Below, one piece after another: positions 8,226 to 17,298 of a DNA stretch of 64,000 nt. The position numbers and the translations under genes are program-made. The stretch covers positions 8,522 to 72,521 of the forward strand of contig CALEUQ010000003.1 in NCBI GenBank assembly GCA_937920495.1. Direction: 5' to 3'. The stretch comes from an uncultured bacterium (GTDB lineage: Bacteria > Spirochaetota > UBA4802 > UB4802). Positions within the stretch are counted from its first letter, which is position 1; each line of letters opens with the position of its first letter. The notes beneath the pieces are model-generated. The model saw nothing but the letters and a program-made list of their open reading frames with translations. It had not been told where the DNA came from and searched no databases.

Positions 8226-9119
8226 TTATTCAACATAATGTTTTAAATAATGTACCATCAAATCTTTAAATCCAGGCATTGTTAACCATCTTCCGTATGC
8301 CAGGGCAATAACGACTAATGTTTCACCACGCTGTACTATCACACCACCATAGGCAGTAGTAATCTTTTTACCATATTCGCCTCGTATATCATCACAGAAT
8401 CCTATTATATGGAAATTGTCAGTATTATACACCCTGTCATAAAAGGTTATCTGCAATTCCACAGTAACCCCTGCCTGCCATGCTGAAAGAAACGTTGACC
8501 ATCCCATTGTTTCATCTAACAGTGAAGCCAGTACACCATTATGGACAGACCCATCAGAAAATTGAGCAAAACTGTTTTTGCCTCCAAAATGAGAAATCAG
8601 GTAAGTCCTGTTTTTAGCATAATCAGTTATATAAAAAATCCTTTGATCATTATCGGGAGTAACAGTATTAATTAACTTTGTGGACATATCAGGAATTATA
8701 AAAGGAGTTGATGCATCCATATTATTTTTCAATATTTTACTAACTTCATCGCTATACTCATGAACATGCCCCTCACTGTAACGGCAGTTACAATATGGCT
8801 GCTGCAATGACTTCCCAAATGTACCAAAAAAATATCGCGCATCACCTTTCTGAACTATACAGCGCACCACATCACCACACTTCAACCGTTCGCCTGCAAA
8901 ACGGAACCTATATTCATAAGGTAATATGGGAGGAAATTCCTTTGCTATATCAATCAGTTCAATAAATGTGGTCATTGCTAACCCGCCATGAGGTATACCG
9001 GGCCACCCTTCATGCTTCTTTTCTATTTTTATATCAGCTACTATCGCCAGATCTTCAAAACGATAGGATCGGAAAATAAAGCCGTTTTGCCCACAATAGT
9101 AACAATGGTTATGTCTCAT
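8226..9119 (-). CDS. hotdog-fold (PaaI-like thioesterase) protein, apparently two tandem domains
   Basis: 297 aa. HEGWPGIPHGGLAMTTFIELI and GSVHNGVLASLLDETMGWS resemble PaaI/hotdog active-site segments. N-terminal CYYC. Confidence 0.4.
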   Translation of the reverse strand: MRHNHCYYCGQNGFIFRSYRFEDLAIVADIKIEKKHEGWPGIPHGGLAMTTFIELIDIAKEFPPILPYEYRFRFAGERLKCGDVVRCIVQKGDARYFFGTFGKSLQQPYCNCRYSEGHVHEYSDEVSKILKNNMDASTPFIIPDMSTKLINTVTPDNDQRIFYITDYAKNRTYLISHFGGKNSFAQFSDGSVHNGVLASLLDETMGWSTFLSAWQAGVTVELQITFYDRVYNTDNFHIIGFCDDIRGEYGKKITTAYGGVIVQRGETLVVIALAYGRWLTMPGFKDLMVHYLKHYVE

Positions 9120-9262
9120 TTTATTTACATTTATTCAATATTAATCAACCAGGTGATAATTACATAGTGCCGCTATGTGGCGGGCATGTTTCCACCATCA
9201 AAATAATTTAAAGAATAATTCGTCATTAAATAACAACTATTTTTTTTATTTACATAAAATAT

Positions 9263-9291
9263 TTGACAAAAATATTTTAATCAGTTATTTT
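9263..9291 (+). promoter_or_regulatory. candidate sigma70-type promoter
   Basis: TTGACA (9263-9268), a 17-nt spacer, then TATTTT (9286-9291), about 90 nt upstream of the ATG at 9380. Confidence 0.3.
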
Positions 9292-9379
9292 ATGTTCCAA
9301 TTGTTATTTCGTGATTTTGCTTACGATTCAAGCAAAAACCAATGTCATAATTTTATCACTCACAGGGATGGAGGAATAT

Positions 9380-10258
9380 ATGTTTATTTTTAAAAAAAGG
9401 AATATTCTCGTATTACTGTTTATACTACTATGTACCACCACACTTATTGCAATTGATTTTAGATTTAAACCTATCATTATTGAAGAGTTATCGCGTTATA
9501 ATGAGGATAGAATAGCGTATCAACACGTGCAGAAAGAAATATCACCAAATATGGATAATTCTTTTTCAGCATTATTGATAATAAAACAAAAAAAAATCTA
9601 TCTTATTCAGGATGGATATGACAATCCTGAGATTGTAGCAACCAATAGACTAAGGTTGGAAATGGAAACAAAACTCATTGGCGATTTATGGGAAAATAAG
9701 ATCAATAATAAACCTGATTATGTACGAATTACTGAACGTAAAATTGAGCTTTTGAAAAATTTCGGTGAAGATTTTGTATCCAAAAACTTTGGCACATTTT
9801 TCATTAATGTCCGTAATGCTCTTATTAAAAAACATGTGGAAGTTTTTAAAAAGCTCATGGTTGACCGAAAAGAGTCAGGGCTAATTGTTACCCGTACACC
9901 ACTCCCCATACCTGCTTACCTTAACGCACCAGAAACACCCACAAAATATAAAATAACTGTTAGCGGTAAAACCATTGATGAAAAGCTTTACTATGCCGAA
10001 GATAGTGATGGTGATGGCATTACCGAAACATTTACGGTAAATAGCGCTGATGGCTTCAACTGGGGCTATAAATCCGGACCAAATATAATTTTCATTTACA
10101 ACAATCAGGATGAAGAAATAAAAGGTTTAATTGGACAGCTATGCAACTGGGCATATTACGGAACACCAGAAGAAGAAAAAGAAATCCTGCAAACCTTCCC
10201 CAAAGACAGCGACATTATCAATGAATTTAAACTAGAGGTTCCCACACAAACGAAATAA
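9380..10258 (+). CDS. hypothetical membrane-anchored/secreted protein
   Basis: Track ORF 9311-10258. I prefer the ATG at 9380 (MFIFKKRNILVLLFILLCTTTLIA, a signal/anchor), which has GGAGG at 9370-9374. No family recognised. Confidence 0.6.
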   Translation: MFIFKKRNILVLLFILLCTTTLIAIDFRFKPIIIEELSRYNEDRIAYQHVQKEISPNMDNSFSALLIIKQKKIYLIQDGYDNPEIVATNRLRLEMETKLIGDLWENKINNKPDYVRITERKIELLKNFGEDFVSKNFGTFFINVRNALIKKHVEVFKKLMVDRKESGLIVTRTPLPIPAYLNAPETPTKYKITVSGKTIDEKLYYAEDSDGDGITETFTVNSADGFNWGYKSGPNIIFIYNNQDEEIKGLIGQLCNWAYYGTPEEEKEILQTFPKDSDIINEFKLEVPTQTK

Positions 10259-10269
10259 TTACCTAATTA

Positions 10270-10296
10270 CACACCCGCCAAAAAGTGGTGGGTGTG
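10270..10296 (+). terminator. GC-rich hairpin just after the stop of the 9380-10258 gene
   Basis: c-ACACCCGCC-aaaaagt-GGTGGGTGT-g, with one G.U pair, followed by gctttcatt. Confidence 0.4.
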
Positions 10297-10299
10297 GCT

Positions 10300-10418
10300 T
10301 TCATTAAATAAAATTTGTGAACATAATAAACGTATTGTACACCCCGCCGCCGAAGGAGGGGGTGTGCATCTTTGTATTAACAAAATATTTTTACGGAATC
10401 ATTAGTGCATAAAATTTA
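10300..10418. repeat. dispersed intergenic repeat, copy A (with GC hairpin core)
   Basis: TTCATTAAATAAAATTTGTGAACATAATAAACGTATTGTAC[ACCCCGCCGCCGAAGGAGGGGGTGTGCA]TCTTTGTATTAACAAAATATTTTTACGGAATCATTAGTGCATAAAAT. Aligns with 54046-54134 and 62983-63094. Confidence 0.75.
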
Positions 10419-10438
10419 TAAGATAATAATTACATCAT

Positions 10439-11320
10439 TTATGATATATTTATCAGTTTTTTTAATTCTTCCAATAAACGATAATCATTTCCCTCTATCC
10501 CACCCAGCGCAACCTTAGGTTTTGATGTTGGACCATGGAAATCTGAACCTGCAGTGATAACGAGATTGTGTTTTTTAGCAAAATTAAAAAAATAATCTAT
10601 CTCGGCTTTTGTATGATATGATGAGATAGCTTCTATGCCCATTATACCCATCGAAGCTATTTTTTGCAAATGTTTTTCACCATTCACAAACTTAGGGTGC
10701 GCCAGTACGGGTATGCCCCCCGAGGCTTTAATAATATCAATTCCTTCTTGTGTAGGAATAGAAATAAACGGCACATATGCAGGCATATTTTCAGCTAAAT
10801 ATTCCCTATAAAAAAACATCAATCTATTGTCAGATTTTTTTCCTTCAAAATAGTCATGCAAACGTGCATCCTTTCTGTTTTCAGGATTTTCAAACACTTC
10901 AAGCATGATGGCTGTAGCAGTGGGTGGACGGTTATTTGCTTTTTGCCATACATTATCTTCATTCATAGAAAAACCTATTTCCCGCAACTTTTTAATTCTT
11001 CTTTTTGCTATCTCCCACCTGAATTGCCCTATTTTTTTTAATGTCTCATTTAACTGTGGATTATCGTGTATGTAATAGCCCAGAATATGCTGCTGTGATT
11101 CATCTTCGTAGATTGTGGTTATCTCCACGCCCGGTATGTATTCTATACCATATAGCTTTGAAGCATCCAGCGCATCAGGGATTGATTCAATTGAATCATG
11201 ATCGGTTATACTTATTGCGGATAAACCTATTTTACTGGCAAGCTCAAATATATCATCTACTGAATAATCACCATCTTCACTGTAACAGGAATGAATATGC
11301 AGGTCAATGCGATGTGCCAT
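10439..11320 (-). CDS. PHP-domain metal-dependent phosphoesterase
   Basis: HRIDLHIHSCYSEDGDYSVDDIFELASKIGLSAISITDHDS ... AHP ... GSDFHG, the characteristic PHP motifs. Confidence 0.8.
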   Translation of the reverse strand: MAHRIDLHIHSCYSEDGDYSVDDIFELASKIGLSAISITDHDSIESIPDALDASKLYGIEYIPGVEITTIYEDESQQHILGYYIHDNPQLNETLKKIGQFRWEIAKRRIKKLREIGFSMNEDNVWQKANNRPPTATAIMLEVFENPENRKDARLHDYFEGKKSDNRLMFFYREYLAENMPAYVPFISIPTQEGIDIIKASGGIPVLAHPKFVNGEKHLQKIASMGIMGIEAISSYHTKAEIDYFFNFAKKHNLVITAGSDFHGPTSKPKVALGGIEGNDYRLLEELKKLINIS

Positions 11321-11338
11321 GCTATAAATTGTATCACA

Positions 11339-12061
11339 TCACCTGGGGTTTTTCATGATAATGAGATTTTTTTCAGGGAGTATGTCCAGGGGATTTAAGG
11401 GAATATCTGCACAACGAATCTCAAAATGTAGATGATTGCCGGTGGAACGGCCCGTGCTCCCAACAAGAGCAATAACCTGCCCTTTCTGCACATAATCACC
11501 TGCCTTAACCAGCAACACCGAATTATGGGCATAGCGTGTAATGTAATTATCCCTGTGCTCCAGCGTTATAGTATTTCCATAATTTCCACAGTATCCTGCA
11601 TAGATCACTTTGCCTTCCATAGCTGCACGCACCAGCGTACCTTTAGGAGCAGGAATATCCACTCCAGGGTGAAATCTTCCCCAGCGCCTGCCCAACCCTG
11701 AAGTAATTTTTTCAGGATCACCAATTGGCCAGATAAACTCATTGTATGAAATATTTACAGGCTGAAGCCAGATGCCTTTTTCCATCAAAGCTTGAATATA
11801 TGCATCAGAATAAGGGATAAATACAAACGATTTTTTAAACTTTTTTTCATTAATATTATTTATTATATATACTTCATCAATACCTGAACCAAATTGCTCA
11901 GCGTATGCCTGTAGCTGTTTTAAGTTTAAAACTTCCACCCATTTACCGCATTTCCCGTTATATCGCTGTATATGTTCATTATCTATGAAATAAAGCTCAT
12001 TGGCAAACGTGAGCGTGCATACAATAACAAAAAAAACAAGAAATGATTTCTTTATACCCAT
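11339..12061 (-). CDS. M23 family metallopeptidase (secreted)
   Basis: Signal peptide, then HPGVDIPAPKGTLVRAAMEGKV ... GSTGRSTGNHLHFEIR. Confidence 0.85.
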   Translation of the reverse strand: MGIKKSFLVFFVIVCTLTFANELYFIDNEHIQRYNGKCGKWVEVLNLKQLQAYAEQFGSGIDEVYIINNINEKKFKKSFVFIPYSDAYIQALMEKGIWLQPVNISYNEFIWPIGDPEKITSGLGRRWGRFHPGVDIPAPKGTLVRAAMEGKVIYAGYCGNYGNTITLEHRDNYITRYAHNSVLLVKAGDYVQKGQVIALVGSTGRSTGNHLHFEIRCADIPLNPLDILPEKNLIIMKNPR

Positions 12062-12215
12062 AACAGATCAACCCTGTACGTAATATTTTTTACAACATTC
12101 ACTTTGGGGATTACATCAATAAAAAGATTATATGTTTGAAAGATTATTTATAAGCAAAAGGTAACCTTATTATACCTTAATTTTTAATATATAATTGTCA
12201 ACAAATTTTTTTATT

Positions 12216-13040
12216 TTACCAGGCCAGCGATAACACTTTTTCATCCGTATAATTACTTTTTACATGGTGTCTTCGCAAGCAAAAATTATCTCGTGTAACT
12301 ATATTCGGGCCGTAATCAGTAGAAAAAACCCGTTTATACCCTGCATCTCTGCATAGCTCTGTTAGCTGAATTGAATAACGGCCATAAGGAAAAGCAAAAT
12401 AATCAATTTTTTTATCTAAATATAATTCCAGAATCCTTTTAGAAAGATAAATCTCCCTGTATAAGGCGTATTTACCTTCACGCGTACCTTTATTATATAA
12501 TTTCACTAAATCTTCATGGCTCTGAGAGTGGCATTGTATATCAATGTTATTCTTCTGCATTATGTGTAACATCTTCCATGTCAGAGTTTTTGTTCCACCC
12601 TGTGCAATCGCATCAATATATACAAAGAGTGTTACCGGATAGTCCATAGAACGGGCTACTGGCATTAACATACTATACATGGAATAATACCCATCATCAA
12701 AGGTTATTGACACAACCTTTTGCTTGAATGGGTTATGCTCATCAATGTGCTCTTCCAGTTGTTGCAATGATATTACTGAAATATCGTGGTTTTTAAGCAG
12801 TGCAAATTGCTTTTTCAATTTCTCAAAAGAGATTGAATAAGGTCCTTTTCCATCTATGTTATGGTATAACAAAATTGGAACTTTATGAAGGCGTGTAACA
12901 TTACTATGAACTATCGCCCTGAAAACTTGGTTTTTATTTTCACTATATATATCTGATGTATACCACACGCCTATATACAGCGATACCACAAGAACGCTCA
13001 CAAAACTTATACCAATAAGCAGGTTGTCAATCTTTATCAT
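12216..13040 (-). CDS. polysaccharide deacetylase (NodB homology domain) with N-terminal TM anchor
   Basis: ITFDDGYYS ... HSQSHEDL ... FAFPYGRYS motifs. Confidence 0.8.
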   Translation of the reverse strand: MIKIDNLLIGISFVSVLVVSLYIGVWYTSDIYSENKNQVFRAIVHSNVTRLHKVPILLYHNIDGKGPYSISFEKLKKQFALLKNHDISVISLQQLEEHIDEHNPFKQKVVSITFDDGYYSMYSMLMPVARSMDYPVTLFVYIDAIAQGGTKTLTWKMLHIMQKNNIDIQCHSQSHEDLVKLYNKGTREGKYALYREIYLSKRILELYLDKKIDYFAFPYGRYSIQLTELCRDAGYKRVFSTDYGPNIVTRDNFCLRRHHVKSNYTDEKVLSLAW

Positions 13041-13843
13041 AGTTTAATCAATATGTCGGTTAGCAGCCTTGTCCCATACCCGTTTAATAATCGGTGCAAC
13101 AACCATGACGTTTTACCCATAAAACCAGGTATAACCATGAATTTTTTCTTTATTATTGCGTTCATAATTGCATGGGCGATAGTATCTGCTGAAAGAACTC
13201 CCGTAATTTTTTTAATACGCTTTGCCTTAACTGGAATCGTTTTCAGCTCTTCCTGCAAAAATGGCGTATCAACTTCTGGGGGGCAAATCACTGATAGTGT
13301 GATGCCATTTTCCTTAAATTCACTTCGCAAACAATCAGCCAGACCAAATACTGCAAATTTTGATGTGCCATACGCCGAATAGGTGTATACACCAATGAGC
13401 CCGGCAAGTGAAGACAAAAGTACGCAGTGTGTGTTTCTGTTTTTAAGATAGGGAAAAAATGCTTTTAACGTGTACCATATTCCAAATACATTAATATCCA
13501 TAACTTTTTTAAAGTCTTCATCGCTTATTTTTTCAAAATAATTTGCCAGGCCCACGCCAGCTGCACATACCAGCACATCAGGATTACCAAATTCTTTAAT
13601 TATTGCCGGTACAGCTTTATAAAGTTTTTTTGAATCACACACATCTGCAGAAAACGCCATAACCTTCTGGCTGCTGTTTACACGTGCCGACTCAACATCT
13701 TTCTTTGCCCTTTCTAATTTTTTTGTATCGCGCGCAATGAGTGCAATGTGAGCCCCTTGTAAAGCTGCTAACCTGGCAAATGCCAGGCCTATACCGCTTG
13801 ATCCCCCTGTGATATATATATTGGCATCTTTCAGGGATTTCAT
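13037..13843 (-). CDS. short-chain dehydrogenase/reductase (SDR)
   Basis: ITGGSSGIGLAFA (TGxxxGxG) and YSAYGTSKFAV (YxxxK). Its stop overlaps the deacetylase start by 4 nt. Confidence 0.85.
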   Translation of the reverse strand: MKSLKDANIYITGGSSGIGLAFARLAALQGAHIALIARDTKKLERAKKDVESARVNSSQKVMAFSADVCDSKKLYKAVPAIIKEFGNPDVLVCAAGVGLANYFEKISDEDFKKVMDINVFGIWYTLKAFFPYLKNRNTHCVLLSSLAGLIGVYTYSAYGTSKFAVFGLADCLRSEFKENGITLSVICPPEVDTPFLQEELKTIPVKAKRIKKITGVLSADTIAHAIMNAIIKKKFMVIPGFMGKTSWLLHRLLNGYGTRLLTDILIKL

Positions 13844-13987
13844 TGGTTTACCCCCTTTACAAAATGTTTTTTTATTTAACCCCTCCCTCTTCTTAAAGTA
13901 AAAAGAAGGAGGACTCTATTTTAGAATATACCTGTTTCATTATATAGATGCGCTGACGCCATGGTTCACTATCTTTAAAAACTTAGA

Positions 13988-14683
13988 TTACCTCATCATC
14001 GGCGTTGCATCAAAACCAAACTTAAGTAAAACCACGCTATTCCCATCATCATCAATGGATTTCACAATGCCATTAATGGGCACTGAATAATGATACCAGC
14101 CTTTTGATTTTATCTTCTTACCAAAAAATGAAGCTTCAGAATCCACCACATTTGTCCCTTTGAAAATTCCTGCAGGCACCTGAATAATTCCACCATCTTT
14201 ATATGTGGTTATCTTCATACTGACACTGGCTATCCCTTTTTTATACATGCCTTTCATCATTGAAAGCATTGGTCCTTCAATAGTCTGTATTTTACCATCT
14301 TCATCCTTTACTTTTACCCACAGTAAGTCAATATCATCAACATTGCCAGTGGCTGCTGCTTTTTCAAGGCCAGCTACAAGCATCTGCATTATGCCTTCCT
14401 GATTGTCTGATACAGTATATGTTTCAATGATCCACCCTCCCTGCTCTCTCCCAACTATTGCCATTCGTGTAACACTTTTTTTGCCGTCAGAATCAGTCTG
14501 ACCCATAACCACATATTGTCCCACTGCATAGGGCTTTGGCTTCATAAATTTTTGTGTGCCGGTATACGTTGTCTGCTGTGATTGCGCAAACTGGCTGTCA
14601 ACTTTTGACTTTAACTGTGGGTTGACTGACGCACCACATGAAATAACAAACATAACGCCAAGAAGTACACTAAACGTTTTCAT
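13988..14683 (-). CDS. hypothetical lipoprotein
   Basis: MKTFSVLLGVMFVISCG signal/lipobox. No family recognised. Confidence 0.6.
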   Translation of the reverse strand: MKTFSVLLGVMFVISCGASVNPQLKSKVDSQFAQSQQTTYTGTQKFMKPKPYAVGQYVVMGQTDSDGKKSVTRMAIVGREQGGWIIETYTVSDNQEGIMQMLVAGLEKAAATGNVDDIDLLWVKVKDEDGKIQTIEGPMLSMMKGMYKKGIASVSMKITTYKDGGIIQVPAGIFKGTNVVDSEASFFGKKIKSKGWYHYSVPINGIVKSIDDDGNSVVLLKFGFDATPMMR

Positions 14684-14713
14684 ACAGAACCTCCAGAAAT
14701 GATTTTATTATGG

Positions 14714-15115
14714 CTATATTATAATATCCATGTATTTAGCAACAAAACTTTTAAGTCTTTCAACTTTTTCAAAATATGACTCTACATCTATCTGTTCTTC
14801 AATAATTATCGAATATCGGAATTCTACAGCAAAAGGGTTGAGATCTATTAATTCATCAGCACATTCTGGTAATTCAATACCATTGTCTTTACATAATTCA
14901 ACTATTTTGGCAATATCATGGACTTTCGGGAATTCTATTTCTTTAAAAGACAATAACGACTTTAAAAATTTTTCTGTTGCTTGTTGCAAGTGGAAAAGTA
15001 ATATTTCTTTACGAATTTCGTTGTCATGTATATTTTTTTTTACTAACAGCAATTCGCTGTTTGCTATAAAAAAAAGCATTTCATATTCTTTATCATATTG
15101 CATAAAGAACGACAC
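14714..15115 (-). CDS. HEPN-domain protein (partner of the upstream nucleotidyltransferase)
   Basis: 133 aa. LFHLQQATEKFLKSLL...FPKVHDIAKIVELC resembles the HEPN (PF05168-like) pattern. Its start overlaps the MNT gene's 3' end (11-23 nt depending on which ATG is used). Confidence 0.65.
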   Translation of the reverse strand: MSFFMQYDKEYEMLFFIANSELLLVKKNIHDNEIRKEILLFHLQQATEKFLKSLLSFKEIEFPKVHDIAKIVELCKDNGIELPECADELIDLNPFAVEFRYSIIIEEQIDVESYFEKVERLKSFVAKYMDIII

Positions 15116-15428
15116 CTTTTTTTAATGCCTCTGCAAAGACTGAATTTGACCATGTATTAGAATACTTATCAAATTCCTCTCTAGTTACTATTATAATATC
15201 AAATGATTTTGCTAATCCCATCAACGATTTACGGATGGTTCTATACTCTCCAATTCTGGATTGGATATTATTTTTTATCACAATAATATCAATATCACTA
15301 TCATCAGATGTTACACCACATGCATACGAACCAAATAAAATAATCTTTTCAGGATTTGAAACTGTAACTATTCTGTTTACAATTTCATTAAACATTTCTT
15401 TTTCTTTCACTATCATGATTGTAACCAT
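15093..15428 (-). CDS. minimal nucleotidyltransferase (MNT)
   Basis: ILFGSYACGVTSDDSDIDIIVI is the GS-x9-12-D.D polymerase-beta-type NTase motif. 111 aa. Confidence 0.8.
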   Translation of the reverse strand: MVTIMIVKEKEMFNEIVNRIVTVSNPEKIILFGSYACGVTSDDSDIDIIVIKNNIQSRIGEYRTIRKSLMGLAKSFDIIIVTREEFDKYSNTWSNSVFAEALKKGVVLYAI

Positions 15429-15652
15429 AACCTATTATTAATAATACGTCAACTTATTAATTACATAGATTAAAAAGATTAATACATACTAAAATTGTCA
15501 CCCGCGGTATTATTTTCTTTGTGTAATTTTTTCCCCTCTTTTCGGATATGTGGGAAATAAGATTATCCATCAAAAATGAATTTCATATTTGCGTTAATTT
15601 CTTATGCATAAAAGATTGTTCCAATAAAAAACCCTCAGTTGTTGATATATAA

Positions 15653-15710
15653 AAGCACTGTTGCTGAGCCTCGTCGAAGCACTGTTGCTGAGCTTGTCGA
15701 AGCAGGTTGC
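15653..15710. repeat. tandem 23-24 nt direct repeat, about 2.5 units
   Basis: AAGCACTGTTGCTGAGCCTCGTCG (15653-15676), AAGCACTGTTGCTGAGCTTGTCG (15677-15699), AAGCAGGTTGC (15700-15710). Confidence 0.8.
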
Positions 15711-15744
15711 ATCCTAACGCGCCGAATCGAGTTTAACCAGGTGC

Positions 15745-15764
15745 GCCGTACATCCCTGTACGGC
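15745..15764. repeat. GC-rich hairpin element
   Basis: GCCGTACA-tccc-TGTACGGC, a perfect 8-bp stem in an AT-rich spacer just after the tandem repeat. Confidence 0.6.
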
Positions 15765-15911
15765 ACGTGTATAAGACCCTTTGTAACTATTAATTCTTTG
15801 CATTGGAATTAAAAGCACTTACATTTTTTTATATTTTGTATAATTTTCCCAAAATTCCGAAATGAGCCAAATTTTTTATTAGTTATTAAATAATGAAGTT
15901 TTATGTTTTAA

Positions 15912-17297
15912 TTAAGGGTAAGTGAAATTAACTGATACATCCCCATTCACATCTACAGGATTGCTTCCATATTGCTTAATATCATTATGCTTTTGTGGCA
16001 GGTTCCCATAAGGTTTATTTTGATCTGTATAAGGAATATTATTATCAGCCACAAAATAAAACAAATACGTCCCATACGGTACATTAGTTAATGTATAATT
16101 ATTCCCTGCACCAGTATGCGCTACCAGTGGTGGCAGGCGCAGTGACCATGTGTAGTTATTATATTTATTCCATTTGTCTTCATAACTGCCATCATTTACT
16201 GCATCAACAAAAGCATTATACTCAAACTTATATTGCTCATACCGTAAATAGTAATCCAGCAATCCTTCTATTGTTCCAGCTTTCAGTGCAGGCGCTGCTG
16301 GTTGATACACAGGCCGTTTCCAGTCTTCGTTAGCATCATCAAGAAAATAATCAGCTTTTGTCTGCGGATTGCCATACATATCAGTTGCTGGTATGGCAAT
16401 GACATAGCCACTACTTCCAGTATTCCCACTTACCGTTGCCACTTTATTTTTGCGGTATACCCGTGCCACGCCTAACAGGTTGCCGCCAATATACACATCA
16501 TCTGGCTTTACCTCTCGCAACCAGTCGCTTGGTGCCCAGTAATGGTATGCCGCGCTATAGCCTTTATCATTGGTAAAATCGTATTCATACAGTTTAATAA
16601 AGTTTTTTATAATAAGGCGTATCTCAAGTACCACCTCTTCGCCCTCATTAACTATTAATCCACCATCTATTGGAATCTCAAGGGGGAAGACACGGTTAAT
16701 TTCCCTATAATTATCTTTCAAGTAATCATAATAGGTGTTCACCATAAGCTGGTTAAAATCAAATCCATACACTTTATCTTCATGGAAAATGACCTGCGGT
16801 GCACTATCAGGATAAACAATACCACTTGCTGGATCTACATACCACTGTGTGGCATTATCAAAGATAAGTTTGCGTATATATAATTGTACCGTGGTATACA
16901 GCTTACCCGGTTTTACATCATCACACTTTAAACGCACACCCTGGCCATTAAAAAACGGATCGCTGTCATCTACTCGGGCAGTAAACACCTGCCGGTAATT
17001 TGCCACTTTGTCACCATCCATGCGCATCTCGGCAATATCCACCATAAATGTGGTGGGGAATTGTTCATCGTTATCGGTTATAAAATCATTCACCGAATCA
17101 TCTATCGACTGAGTAGCTGAAACAGTTTTGTCCCAGCTTTTCACACTGTTAGTATCACTGGTTGATTCAAACGTGCCTTTGATAAGTACCGTCAGGCGGC
17201 TTCCCGACAGCTCATCAAAAAGTGCCTTTGAGCCGGTACAGCCATTTACAATAACTATCGCAAGAAAAATTAGTATGTAGTACACACATTTTTTCAT
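15912..17297 (-). CDS. hypothetical lipoprotein (461 aa)
   Basis: MKKCVYYILIFLAIVIVNGCTG lipobox. Aromatic/Asp/Asn-rich mature part. No family recognised. Confidence 0.6.
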   Translation of the reverse strand: MKKCVYYILIFLAIVIVNGCTGSKALFDELSGSRLTVLIKGTFESTSDTNSVKSWDKTVSATQSIDDSVNDFITDNDEQFPTTFMVDIAEMRMDGDKVANYRQVFTARVDDSDPFFNGQGVRLKCDDVKPGKLYTTVQLYIRKLIFDNATQWYVDPASGIVYPDSAPQVIFHEDKVYGFDFNQLMVNTYYDYLKDNYREINRVFPLEIPIDGGLIVNEGEEVVLEIRLIIKNFIKLYEYDFTNDKGYSAAYHYWAPSDWLREVKPDDVYIGGNLLGVARVYRKNKVATVSGNTGSSGYVIAIPATDMYGNPQTKADYFLDDANEDWKRPVYQPAAPALKAGTIEGLLDYYLRYEQYKFEYNAFVDAVNDGSYEDKWNKYNNYTWSLRLPPLVAHTGAGNNYTLTNVPYGTYLFYFVADNNIPYTDQNKPYGNLPQKHNDIKQYGSNPVDVNGDVSVNFTYP

Positions 17298-17298
17298 A

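Noticed and set aside
7937-8269. 110-aa ORF spanning the 8002-8225 spacer.
   Set aside because: It is the translation of the two REP-like hairpins plus the antisense of the neighbouring gene's end. It has no RBS and a repeat-derived peptide.
15653-15710. Possible CRISPR array.
   Set aside because: There are only about 2.5 directly abutting units with no spacers, and no cas genes in the window. It is a simple tandem repeat.
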